Source of the DNA: an uncultured archaeon
GTDB taxonomy: Archaea > Micrarchaeota > Micrarchaeia > Micrarchaeales > CABMGC01
DNA: 32,000 nucleotides
Assembly: GCA_963704435.1 (NCBI GenBank)
Contig: OY969902.1
Coordinates: 90,001 to 122,000, forward strand
Reading direction: 5' to 3'
Both the position numbers and the translations under genes were made by a program. Under the pieces are notes generated by a model. It did not search any database and had not been told where the DNA came from. It saw nothing but the letters and a program-made list of their open reading frames with translations. Positions 1-8,183 of the stretch are shown here, piece by piece. How positions within the stretch are numbered: the first letter of the stretch is position 1; the number at the start of each line of letters is the position of its first letter.

Positions 1-2
1 TT

Positions 3-128
3 GGAATAGGTCGCCACATCAAAATCGGGGATGGTGCTTCGATAGGTCTTCTGGACAATAGCGTGGACAGGGATATTGGAGAGATGGAAAGATATCCTCC
101 TTGCAGGCATCTGCTGCGCAAAATCTGA
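3..128 (+). CDS. 3' end of a hexapeptide-repeat (left-handed beta-helix) protein, truncated by the window edge
   Basis: Frame 3 reads GIGRHIKIGDGASIGLLDNSVDRDIGEMERYPPCRHLLRKI and stops at TGA 126-128. It has the same I-G-x4 hexad pattern as the next gene. It is too short to appear in the ORF track. Confidence 0.4.
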   Translation, partial: GIGRHIKIGDGASIGLLDNSVDRDIGEMERYPPCRHLLRKI

Positions 129-231
129 AGCGCCTCAAATAAATGCTGTCTGCATCCCCTGCGCAAGTGGCAAGATTGCTGCAAATAGATAAATACGGGG
201 CGGATAATATCAAAAGCACTGGGACGATGCG

Positions 232-762
232 ATGGCAACGAAAACAAATCAAAACACCAGAGCTCTGGCTAACGTTCTGATTGAAAGGGCCGAGCTGTGG
301 CATATGTTCAAGGGGAATCAGGAAATATTTATCGCGGAATTGGGAACTACTGGAAAAATGAAGCGGTTTGAGGATTCTGTCCATTACGACAAGCCATGCG
401 AGCACGAAGGCAGCATCAACATCGGAAAGGGTACGGAGATCGGCGCGCGTGTGGCGATAGGCTCGAACGTTTCCATAGGCAAAAACGTGCGTATCGGAGA
501 AGGTGCGGTGATTTGCGATGGCGTGACAATAGGCAGCGGGGCGACGATCGGCGCAGCCGCATTCCTAGGATATTCTTCGATAGCCAATAAGGATTCCTCC
601 ATTGGCGCACTCGTCAGATTCGGGCGTTTTGCGGTATTATACGAAGGCTGCCGCGTGGGGGACGGCGCTCAGATAGGTTATCATGCGCTAGTGCGCGAGG
701 ATGTGGCCTCGCTGGGATGGATTCCTAATAATCATGATTTGCAGCGCAAAACTGAGATCTAA
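232..762 (+). CDS. Hexapeptide-repeat (LbH) family protein, probably an acyl/acetyltransferase-like protein
   Basis: The 176-aa ORF has consecutive [LIV]-G-x4 hexads (INIGKGTEIGARVAIGSNVSIGKNVRIGEGAVICDGVTIGSGATIGAAAF), typical of left-handed beta-helix transferases. Confidence 0.7.
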   Translation: MATKTNQNTRALANVLIERAELWHMFKGNQEIFIAELGTTGKMKRFEDSVHYDKPCEHEGSINIGKGTEIGARVAIGSNVSIGKNVRIGEGAVICDGVTIGSGATIGAAAFLGYSSIANKDSSIGALVRFGRFAVLYEGCRVGDGAQIGYHALVREDVASLGWIPNNHDLQRKTEI

Positions 763-839
763 AGTGCCATTTATTCTGGCAACATTTAAATCTTCCAAAA
801 ATTAAGGAGCATCTGTGATTCTTGGTTCTGGGTGAAGAA

Positions 840-1586
840 ATGGTACAAATAGCAAAATATGAGAGAAGCGTGATCCCTGCTGTTGATGTAAAGCCCGAGG
901 CGTTTACTAATCAGAAAGTTTCGCCTATGGACACATTTAAGAGTTTGGTAGAGCAGACGCATGATGTGGAAGGTATCGGAGGCTACAAAATTGGCGCGGC
1001 ATTGACAATCTATTATGGTTTGCCAAAACTGGTTAGAATAGTCAAGCGCTATACCGACCTCCCGGTTATCTTGGACCTTCAGAAAGGAATGACGGACATC
1101 CCTGACACCGGAGTGGGCGTTTTATCCGCAATTAAATCTTCAGGAGCCAGCGGCTTCATAGGCTTCCCTATGTCCGGACCTGCAACGCAAGAAGCCTGGA
1201 CAAAAGCTGCGCAAAATCTCGGGTTGCCAATAATCCTGGGAGGGGAAATGACGCATCCGAAATACAAGCGGAGTGAAGGCGGCTATATCTCTGATGATGC
1301 CTTGTCTGAAATATATCTGTTAGGCGCGAGGATGGGAGTAACCAATTTCGTGGTTCCTGGAACCAAGATTGACAAGATTAACTACTACCGGAGCATACTT
1401 GAGCCGGAGATAAAGGAGCAGATATCCTTCTGGGCCCCGGGATTCGTCACGCAAGGCGGAGTAATTACGGACGCAGCCAAAGCCGCAGGGAGATCATTTC
1501 ATGCCATAGTGGGCAGAGCGATATTCGAGGCTGAAGATATGCATTCCGCCGCGTTAGAGCTGACCAGCCAAATAAAACGTGATTGA
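840..1586 (+). CDS. pyrF: Orotidine-5'-phosphate decarboxylase-like (ODCase suprafamily) protein
   Basis: Blocks resemble archaeal PyrF: VIPAVDV, GYKIGAA, VILDLQKGMTDIPDTG, GGEMTHP, APGFVTQGG, AIVGRAIF. The stop directly abuts the start of the PRTase gene (TGAATG). ATG at 840 was chosen; the ORF track opens at TTG 822. The Asp-Lys-Asp spacing is atypical (see findings). Confidence 0.7.
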   Translation: MVQIAKYERSVIPAVDVKPEAFTNQKVSPMDTFKSLVEQTHDVEGIGGYKIGAALTIYYGLPKLVRIVKRYTDLPVILDLQKGMTDIPDTGVGVLSAIKSSGASGFIGFPMSGPATQEAWTKAAQNLGLPIILGGEMTHPKYKRSEGGYISDDALSEIYLLGARMGVTNFVVPGTKIDKINYYRSILEPEIKEQISFWAPGFVTQGGVITDAAKAAGRSFHAIVGRAIFEAEDMHSAALELTSQIKRD

Positions 1587-2363
1587 ATGGAAAAACACGC
1601 GCTGCAATTAGAAAAACTTGGAAAAGAAATAACGCAAGGAGCATACCAAGAGGGATTGATAAGAACCTGGTACAGGGACAAGCCTGAAGGTTTTACTCTA
1701 GCAAGCGGCCTGTATAGCCCGCTCTACATTAACTTAAGGTTGATTTCTAGCGTTCCGAGCGGCAGCGCAGAACTTTACAGAAAAGCCGGAGAGGCGGTAG
1801 GACTGATGCTTGAAAATGCAGGTTTCGCGCCTGATGGAAAACATAGACTTGTCGGAGTGGCCATGGCGGGCATACCCCTCGCCAATGCAGTTACATTGAA
1901 CAGGGGAATCCCCTCGCTGTATACTCGAAAACTGCCCGAAGACGTCAAGACCCCGGAAGACGTAGACGCATACATGCACGCGCACGGTCAAAAAGCGCTC
2001 GTCGAAGGGGATTTTGAATCAGGAAACATACTGGCAATCGTGGATGATCTAGTAACCACCTTTGGAAGCAAGGCATTAGCAATAAGTCAGGTAAAGCGGG
2101 AAGCCGAGCAGAGAGGCATTACTGATTTAACTCTAAAGGATATCGTAGTACTGTTCGACAGGGAGCAGGGCGGTGCTCAAAAGGCGGCGGAGATGGGCTA
2201 CACCCTTCATGCGCTGGTTCCTTTCTCAAGCAAGGGCATTCACTGGTTGAAAGACAGTCTGACCCCGGTGGAGTATCGGACAATAGTAGATTACCTGCAA
2301 AATCCAAAGGCATATCAAGACAAAAAAGTGCAGGAGCATCTAAAAAATATGTCTAGGACATAA
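1587..2363 (+). CDS. pyrE: Orotate phosphoribosyltransferase-like (type I PRTase)
   Basis: It has the PRPP-binding loop ILAIVDDLVTTFGSKA, the N-terminal FTLASGLYSPLYINLR block typical of OPRTases, and adjacency to the pyrF-like gene. Confidence 0.7.
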   Translation: MEKHALQLEKLGKEITQGAYQEGLIRTWYRDKPEGFTLASGLYSPLYINLRLISSVPSGSAELYRKAGEAVGLMLENAGFAPDGKHRLVGVAMAGIPLANAVTLNRGIPSLYTRKLPEDVKTPEDVDAYMHAHGQKALVEGDFESGNILAIVDDLVTTFGSKALAISQVKREAEQRGITDLTLKDIVVLFDREQGGAQKAAEMGYTLHALVPFSSKGIHWLKDSLTPVEYRTIVDYLQNPKAYQDKKVQEHLKNMSRT

Positions 2364-2477
2364 TCTAGAGCAGGCTTATAAAACGTGAGCACCAATCAAT
2401 GTAGCAGCGCCTGAGTGGCACAATTAAAAACCTTTCAGGCGAAATAAGTAGTATAACAGTTATATCGGCGCGTCCTT

Positions 2478-2900
2478 ATGGCTGAAAAGAACAAGCTACT
2501 CGCAGTGATAAGAGTCCGCGGAACCGTGAAGGTGCGGCACACCATAGCCGAGACGCTAATCCGCCTCAGGCTCAAGCGCGTGAACAACCTCGCGCTCGTG
2601 ACCGCGAGCCCAGGATACAGGGGCATGGTCGACAAGGCCAAGGACTTCGTGACCTTCGGCGAGATAGACGAGAAGACGCTCGCTAAGCTCTTCGAGAGCA
2701 AGGGCATAGAAGCCAAGGCGGCTGACGTGAAATCGCTCATGGAGGGCGAGAAGAACGTGAAGGACCTCGGCATAGCCATGCCGATAAGGATGCACCCTCC
2801 GAAGCACGGCTATGAGGGCATAAAGAGGGGCTACAACCAGGGCGGCGCGCTGGGCAACAGGGGCGCGGACATAAACGAGCTTATAGCTCGCATGCTGTGA
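2478..2900 (+). CDS. rpl30: 50S ribosomal protein uL30 (L30P)
   Basis: LAVIRVRGTVKVRHTIAETLIRLRLKRVNN is the classic archaeal L30 N-terminal signature. The gene overlaps the uL15 start by 4 nt (GTGA). Confidence 0.9.
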   Translation: MAEKNKLLAVIRVRGTVKVRHTIAETLIRLRLKRVNNLALVTASPGYRGMVDKAKDFVTFGEIDEKTLAKLFESKGIEAKAADVKSLMEGEKNVKDLGIAMPIRMHPPKHGYEGIKRGYNQGGALGNRGADINELIARML

Positions 2901-3304
2901 TAATCGTGGTAGTTCGAGTCAAGAAGAACAGGAAGTACTTCGGAAGCAGGAGCTGGGGCGCGGGCAACATAAAGAACGCCAGGGGCGCCGGCGACCGCGG
3001 AGGGGTCGGCCGCGGCGGAAGGAAGCACAAGATGTCCTACTACTGGGTCTACGACCGCGAGAGCACCCACAGCGAGGTGGGGTTCGTGCCCTACAGGAGG
3101 AAGAGGCTCGGCGAGATCGACCTCGGCGAGATATCCAAGCGCGCCGAGAAGGCCGGCGGGCACAAGCCTGTGCTGGAGCTGAAGGGCTACAAGGTCCTCG
3201 GCGACGGCAAGCTGTCTGCGGCCGTCGTCGTGAAGGCCAGCGGCTTCACCAAGACCGCCCACAGGAAGATAACCGAGGCCGGCGGAGAAGCGGTCAAGCT
3301 CTGA
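2897..3304 (+). CDS. rpl15: 50S ribosomal protein uL15 (L15P)
   Basis: KKNRKYFGSRSWGAGNIKNARGAGDRGGVGRGG is a Gly/Arg-rich uL15 N-terminus. The GTG start is coupled to the uL30 stop, in conserved L30-L15 order. An alternative GTG lies at 2906. Confidence 0.9.
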   Translation: MIIVVVRVKKNRKYFGSRSWGAGNIKNARGAGDRGGVGRGGRKHKMSYYWVYDRESTHSEVGFVPYRRKRLGEIDLGEISKRAEKAGGHKPVLELKGYKVLGDGKLSAAVVVKASGFTKTAHRKITEAGGEAVKL

Positions 3305-3371
3305 ACTGCCGCCACAGCGGCATAATACTTATTTGCTTACAGTCTATTCCACTGCGGTCACGAGTGTTGGG

Positions 3372-4529
3372 ATGCGGCGTTACAACATTGCTTTCTACTC
3401 CGATACGTACCTCCCTGCGACGGACGGCGTCGTGACCTCGATGCTCGACTTCAGGAAGGAGCTCGAGAGGCGCGGGCACAGGGTCTTCATATTCGCGAGC
3501 CGGCGCGGCATCGCCCGGAATGGCGCCTCCCCCGAAAAGGACGTGTTCCTCTATCCCGGCGTGGGCTTCAAGCCGTACCCGCAGTACAGCGTCGCCGTGT
3601 TCCCTTTCTATTCGCTGCTCAAGCAGAGGTCCATCGACATCGACATAGTGCACGCCCAGACGCCATTCATCATGGGCATCAACGGGATGCTCATGGCCAA
3701 GCTGGGCAAGTACCCGCTCGTGGGCTCCTTCCACACGATGGTAAACAGCAAGGCGCTTGAGGCGTACTACCCCAGGAACAGGGCGCTCAAGAGGTTCACA
3801 TCGACCTACCTGTGGAAGTACACGAAGTTCTTCTACAGGAAGTGCGATCTTACGATAGCGCCGTCGCATGCGATAGAGGACCTGCTCGAGCGCCACGGGA
3901 TAAACGACACCGCATTGGTCCCGAACGGCGTCGACCTTAAGCGGTTCAATCGCCGCATCCGCGGCGATGGCGTGCGGAGGAGGCTCGGCATAAAGGACAG
4001 CGATAAGGTCGTGCTCTACCTCGGCAGGATCAGCAGGGAGAAGAAGATCGAGGTGATGCTCCGCGCCGCGAAGAGGGTGCTGCGCTCCAGGAAGGACGTC
4101 GTCTTCGTCATAGGCGGGGCGGGGCCCGCGCAGGACTACTACAGGCGCATGGCGCGCCGCCTCGGAGTTCTGGACAGGGTCAGGTTCACCGGGTTCGTGG
4201 AGGGCAAGGCGCTGCCAGGCCTGTACGCGTCGAGCGATGCGCTCTGCCTCCCGTCGACGTTCGAGACCCAGGGGATCGTCTCGCTAGAGGCGATGGCGTT
4301 GGGCAAGCCGGTGGTCGGCGCGGACTACCTTGCGCTGCGCGAGATAATACAGAACGGCAGGAACGGGGAGAGGTTCGCGGCGGGAGACGACGCGGGCTGC
4401 GCCAGGAAGATAGAAAAGGTTTTAAATAATTGCGGGGCTTATACAAAGGATGCAGTCAGCACTGCACGCAAGTTCTCAGTGGAGAAGGCAACTGACAGGC
4501 TGCTGAAGGCTTATGATTCTGTATTCTAG
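3372..4529 (+). CDS. Glycosyltransferase, GT4 family (GT-B fold, group 1)
   Basis: N-terminal IAFYSDTYLPATDGV; C-terminal VLYLGRISREKK and PSTFETQGIVSLEAMALGKPVV (the E-x7-E region of GT4 enzymes). ATG 3372 is preferred over the TTG at 3333. Confidence 0.85.
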   Translation: MRRYNIAFYSDTYLPATDGVVTSMLDFRKELERRGHRVFIFASRRGIARNGASPEKDVFLYPGVGFKPYPQYSVAVFPFYSLLKQRSIDIDIVHAQTPFIMGINGMLMAKLGKYPLVGSFHTMVNSKALEAYYPRNRALKRFTSTYLWKYTKFFYRKCDLTIAPSHAIEDLLERHGINDTALVPNGVDLKRFNRRIRGDGVRRRLGIKDSDKVVLYLGRISREKKIEVMLRAAKRVLRSRKDVVFVIGGAGPAQDYYRRMARRLGVLDRVRFTGFVEGKALPGLYASSDALCLPSTFETQGIVSLEAMALGKPVVGADYLALREIIQNGRNGERFAAGDDAGCARKIEKVLNNCGAYTKDAVSTARKFSVEKATDRLLKAYDSVF

Positions 4530-4631
4530 AAGGTCGTTTAACTGAGCGGAGAACAAACCAACGAAATCAAGGAAGGTAGCAGTGCGGCGGGAGCGCCTAC
4601 GCCCGCGCCGGAAGGCGCGCCCCAGACCGGG

Positions 4632-5204
4632 ATGCAGCTGCTCAGGACCCAGATAGCCGAGGAGAAGGCGAAGCGCGCCGACCTCGTGGGTCAGTTCAAC
4701 AGGGTCAGGAACAAGCTCAGGTACAAGCAGGTGGAGCATGAGGCGCTGGCCAGGCTGCTCGCATCCGCGCCGCAGGAGGGGGGCCACAACGTAGGCCGCC
4801 TGAGGAGGATGAAGGAGAGCATAGAGTTCAGGATCGCCACGGAAGCCACGACCCTCAATGCCGAGAGGGAGCTGATAAAGCACCTGGGCGAGGTGAACGG
4901 CGAGCTCGAGGAGGCGCTCAAGGCCTACAGGTCCAGGAGGAAGTCCGAGCTGGTGGCCAAGGACATAGAGGAGCTCAAGCAGAGGTTCGACGAGCTCAGG
5001 AAGCAGATAGCGGAGTCCGACGGCAGGCTCGACGGCCTCTACGGCCGCCTGCGCGAGGAGACCGGGTGGGGCGACAACAGGTCGTCGTCAGCGGCCAAGA
5101 AGAAGCACGTGAAGCAGCAGGAGCCTCTGGAGATAAGCCTCGAGGACATCGCCACGATAAAGAGCAAGAAGCACAACGGCGACGAGAAGACTGACGGTGT
5201 TTGA
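4632..5204 (+). CDS. Coiled-coil protein of unknown function
   Basis: The 190-aa sequence is E/K/R/L-rich and heptad-like (LRTQIAEEKAKRADLVGQFNRVRNKLRYKQ...EELKQRFDELRKQIAESDGRLDGLYGRL). Its stop directly abuts the TTG start of the next gene. The frame is open back to 4542 but has no canonical start codon there. Confidence 0.6.
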   Translation: MQLLRTQIAEEKAKRADLVGQFNRVRNKLRYKQVEHEALARLLASAPQEGGHNVGRLRRMKESIEFRIATEATTLNAERELIKHLGEVNGELEEALKAYRSRRKSELVAKDIEELKQRFDELRKQIAESDGRLDGLYGRLREETGWGDNRSSSAAKKKHVKQQEPLEISLEDIATIKSKKHNGDEKTDGV

Positions 5205-6520
5205 TTGAGGATAACCTTCTACGGAGCGGCCGGGGAGGTCGGCCGGAGCTTCGTGCTCATAGAGAGCGGCGACACCAGGGTGGCGCTCGACGCGGGGGTG
5301 AAGCTCGGGGAGGTCGAGGAGCACCCGACCATAGACGACGCTGACCTCAAGGGCATCGACGGCGTCATACTCTCGCACGCGCACCTGGACCACTGCGGCT
5401 ACGTGCCGCACCTGTACGCCAGCGGCTACACGGGCTACCTCTACGCGACCAAGCCCACGCTGGAGCTGCTCAACGTGGTCATGACCGACTACGTCAACAT
5501 CTCGAAGCCGAAGGACGTCACGAAGGAGAGCCTGCAGAAGGTCGTCCAGCACTTCAGGATAGAGGAGTATTTCAAGGAGTTCAAGATAAAGGGAATGACG
5601 ATACGGCTGCTTCCGGCGGGGCACATACTCGGGAGCGCGATGATAGAGGTCAGCGACGGCAAGGAAAAGCTCCTCTACACCGGCGACATAAATCTCAAGA
5701 CGACGAAGCTGCTTGACGCGGCTTACACCGCGGACCTGAACGCCAACATACTGATAACGGAGAGCACGTACGGGGGGAAGAGCGACACGTTCCAGCCCGA
5801 GAAGGTCGTGCTAGGCAAGATGGTGGCGGACCTGAACGAGACGCTCAAGGCCGGGGGAAAAGTGATAATGCCGGTCTTCGCCGTAGGGAGGGCGCAGGAG
5901 GTGCTCTTCATACTTGACGACTACATAAGGTCAGGCGTGCTCCCGAAGGTGCCGATATACGTCGATGGCATGGTCAACAAGGTCGTGCGCATCTACAGGC
6001 ACAACGTCATATGCTGCAAGGAAGAGGTGCAGAAGCGCATACTCATGAGCGAGGACGATCCGTTCAAGAGCAAGAATTTCTACGTCGTGGGCGGAAGGCA
6101 GCAGAGGGCGAAGGTCCTCAAGGAGACGGGCGCGTGCATAGTGGTCACGACCAGCGGAATGCTCAAGGGCGGCCCGGTCGTCAAGTACCTAGAGAAGTTC
6201 GCGGGCGACTCAAACAACAAGATGATACTGGTCGGATACCAGGCGGTGGGCACGCCGGGAAGGGCGCTCAGGCCGGCACCAAGGAGATAGAGATAGGCGA
6301 TTCCAAGAAGAAGATAAAGATCGGGATGAAGGTGGCGTTCTACCACTTCTCTGCTCACGCGGACAGGCCGCAACTCCTCAAGCTGATAAGCAAGGTGAAG
6401 GGACTGAAGACCATATTCATAGACCACGGCGAGGAGAACAAGTCGCGCGAGTTCTACGACGAGCTGAAGCAGAAGTACGACGTCAGGCTTCCTGTCCTGT
6501 CGACCCCGTACGACGTGTGA
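5205..6520 (+). pseudogene. Metallo-beta-lactamase/beta-CASP ribonuclease (aCPSF2-like), copy 1, interrupted by a 1-nt frameshift
   Basis: It has the HAHLDH MBL motif and beta-CASP blocks, and is colinear with the intact paralog at 11955-13274. The reading frame ends at TAG 6288-6290, but the conserved C-terminus (QAGTKEIEIGD...FSAHADRPQLLKLISKVKGLKTIFIDHGEE...LPVLSTPY) continues in the -1 frame from 6269. Both halves appear as separate ORFs in the track (5205-6290 and 6011-6520). Confidence 0.85.
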
Positions 6521-6541
6521 GTTCAGATGCCCGCTGCAAAT

Positions 6542-6552
6542 CGGGCTTAATA
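6542..6552 (+). repeat. Left copy of the 11-bp direct repeat CGGGCTTAATA bounding the AT-rich island
   Basis: It is identical to 11447-11457. Extended leftwards the match is 16 nt with one mismatch (CAAA[T/G]CGGGCTTAATA). It coincides with the change in composition. Confidence 0.65.
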
Positions 6553-6571
6553 GAGGTTGTTCACAAAGTCA

Positions 6572-6605
6572 GACTTTTTAAACACATTCGGGACTTTTTA
6601 AACAC
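6572..6605 (+). repeat. Two direct copies of GACTTTTTAAACAC (island left subterminal repeats)
   Basis: Copies lie at 6572-6585 and 6592-6605, a 20-bp period. The same motif, in the same orientation, recurs three times at the right end of the island. Confidence 0.7.
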
Positions 6606-7377
6606 TTTTTTGCACTATTGGCGGATAGAAAAGAGAGATTATTAAAAAGTGATTCCACCTACTTTCAGTTCCAACAACAAAGTAAATATCTCTCTGTTGC
6701 ATCCAATCAAAATATCTATCACGTACCTTTCCAAAAGCGAGTTCGTCATTTCCAAGTTTTGCTCTTTCTGTCCTAAAAAGTTGTATCATTTCCCAATCTT
6801 CGCACATCAAATCGTGTCCACTGCATCTTTCATCGTTACAAGTAAAGCGATAACCCATCCAATAGGGTATTTTGTCTAAAGGAGATTTATATTGTTCTCC
6901 AAAGAGCATCTTCTGGGTTCCTTCTATTAGTTCCTTCTCCCAATCTCTGCAACTCTCAATTGGTTTTTTGTAGAAGTCAATAATCTTGGGCTTAATAATT
7001 CCTATTGTCTGCCTTTGCGAATCTCTTAGGTCTTCTAATTCCTCAATAGATTGATTCAGCTTAGGCAGAAGTAACCCTTTTCTATTGTCCCATTCAGGAC
7101 TTTTAAAAGAAGCCAATACCCTTATCGTTTTATCTATTACTTTGTGGCTTTCCTGTCTAAGGTATTTATCTTTGTGCGGTTCGGCCTCAACTTCTATGAC
7201 GTCAAATTTCTTGAAATGTTTATCCATAGGTAGTTTTCTATACATTATAGGAAACATTCGTATCCATTCATTAGTATCGAGATTTATGCCAGCTACACAA
7301 ACAGTCTCCTCATATTTTTCACTAAGGTTTGGATATGTTTTCGCTATTATTGCGATTTTCTTTTTTTGATATGTCAT
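6598..7377 (-). CDS. Hypothetical protein with a CX4CX2HX3C motif, co-operonic with the DUF488 gene
   Basis: The 259-aa ORF has uniform AT-rich codon usage and a 4-nt ATGA overlap with the upstream gene 7374-8174. It contains RFTCNDERCSGHDLMCEDWE, a possible zinc knuckle. I recognise no family. Confidence 0.7.
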   Translation of the reverse strand: MTYQKKKIAIIAKTYPNLSEKYEETVCVAGINLDTNEWIRMFPIMYRKLPMDKHFKKFDVIEVEAEPHKDKYLRQESHKVIDKTIRVLASFKSPEWDNRKGLLLPKLNQSIEELEDLRDSQRQTIGIIKPKIIDFYKKPIESCRDWEKELIEGTQKMLFGEQYKSPLDKIPYWMGYRFTCNDERCSGHDLMCEDWEMIQLFRTERAKLGNDELAFGKVRDRYFDWMQQRDIYFVVGTESRWNHFLIISLFYPPIVQKSV

Positions 7378-8174
7378 AAATCTATTACCTTAAATCCATC
7401 TTCGATGAGCCTTTTCTTAATTATGCTTCTATGACATTTTGTTATGTCCTTTTCAAAACACATAATTACTGTGGGTCTGACGTGGGCTAATCCTTCAAGA
7501 TCAGTCAAATACTCTTTTGCTTGTGGGGAGGAAAGCCATTTTGAATAATTTTCAAAAAACTCCTCGTAATTCCCTTCATTCCAAAGTTTATGCCGAAGTT
7601 CCCTTGGAGAACCTAATTCTTGAAAATGCCGATACACTATACCCTTTTCTTTCAAAGCGGTACTAAGTGCGGATTTTGAGTAGCCATTCTTCCTACTTAG
7701 TGCCAATTCCCTAACATCTATCAGGCATCCTATTTGATGCTCTTTCAAAATTTGAATGAGTTCTTGTAATTTTTTACCCTCGTAACCTATCGTAAATATC
7801 GTTACGCCCTTCTTTTCGAGGTACCAGTAGGTTGTGGCACCTTCTTTGCGTCTTTTGAGGCCGATTTCATTTTCTAATTGAGTTACCCATTTATTGTTAG
7901 GTACTGTCTGTTCCATATTTAGTTTTTTCCTAATTTCTTGCCAAGTAAATCCAGACTCTCGCGCGTTAAGAAGTTCCGTTAATTTTGACTTAAACTCAGT
8001 ATAGCTCAGGTCATACGTTTTCTTTACCAACAAACCTTCCGTAGTTATTTCTGTATTTAGGATTTCGCCTTCTTTCCATTTTAGCTTCTCTACCTCTTCA
8101 GGCGGAACTGTAAGTATCCACTTTGCATATTCCTTTCCCTTTAATTTGCGGGTAAGATGTCTTTGTAAGCGCAT
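7374..8174 (-). CDS. AbrB-like / winged-helix / DUF488 three-domain protein
   Basis: The N-terminus KEYAKWILTVPPEEVEKLKWKEGEIL resembles SpoVT/AbrB swapped-hairpin motifs. The middle region GFTWQEIRKKLNMEQTVPNNKWVTQLENEIGLKRRKEGATTYWYL looks like a wHTH. The C-terminus TIFTIGYEGKKLQELIQILKEHQIGCLIDVRELALSRKNGYSKSAL...GIVYRHFQELGSP...MCFEKDITKCHRSII matches DUF488 (PF04343) signature blocks. Confidence 0.8.
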   Translation of the reverse strand: MRLQRHLTRKLKGKEYAKWILTVPPEEVEKLKWKEGEILNTEITTEGLLVKKTYDLSYTEFKSKLTELLNARESGFTWQEIRKKLNMEQTVPNNKWVTQLENEIGLKRRKEGATTYWYLEKKGVTIFTIGYEGKKLQELIQILKEHQIGCLIDVRELALSRKNGYSKSALSTALKEKGIVYRHFQELGSPRELRHKLWNEGNYEEFFENYSKWLSSPQAKEYLTDLEGLAHVRPTVIMCFEKDITKCHRSIIKKRLIEDGFKVIDL

Positions 8175-8183
8175 GATTTCTAT

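Noticed and set aside
19-610. Minus-strand ORFs 19-405, 384-602 and 416-610, and the plus-strand ORF 396-590
   Set aside because: They overlap the hexapeptide-repeat genes on the plus strand. Periodic repeats generate open alternative frames, and none of these has motifs.
2435-3896. Minus-strand ORFs 2435-2779, 2556-2807, 2831-3262 and 3294-3896, antisense to uL30, uL15 and GT4
   Set aside because: They are shadow ORFs opposite confidently identified genes, and their low-complexity A/L/P/R/G/V-rich translations carry no motifs.
5088-5624. The 178-aa minus-strand ORF antisense to the coiled-coil/beta-CASP junction
   Set aside because: It lies antisense to two well-supported genes, and its L/R/V/D-rich composition is typical of GC-rich antisense frames.
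6011-6268. The N-terminal part of the 169-aa ORF 6011-6520 as an independent gene
   Set aside because: This part is an R/G/Q-rich out-of-frame overlap with the beta-CASP reading frame. Only the portion after about 6269 is homologous to the paralog's C-terminus.
6264-6272. Programmed -1 ribosomal frameshifting as the explanation for the split beta-CASP copy 1
   Set aside because: There is no slippery X-XXY-YYZ heptamer at the shift site (GCG CTC AGG) and no obvious downstream stimulatory structure. A 1-nt deletion or a sequencing error is the simpler explanation.
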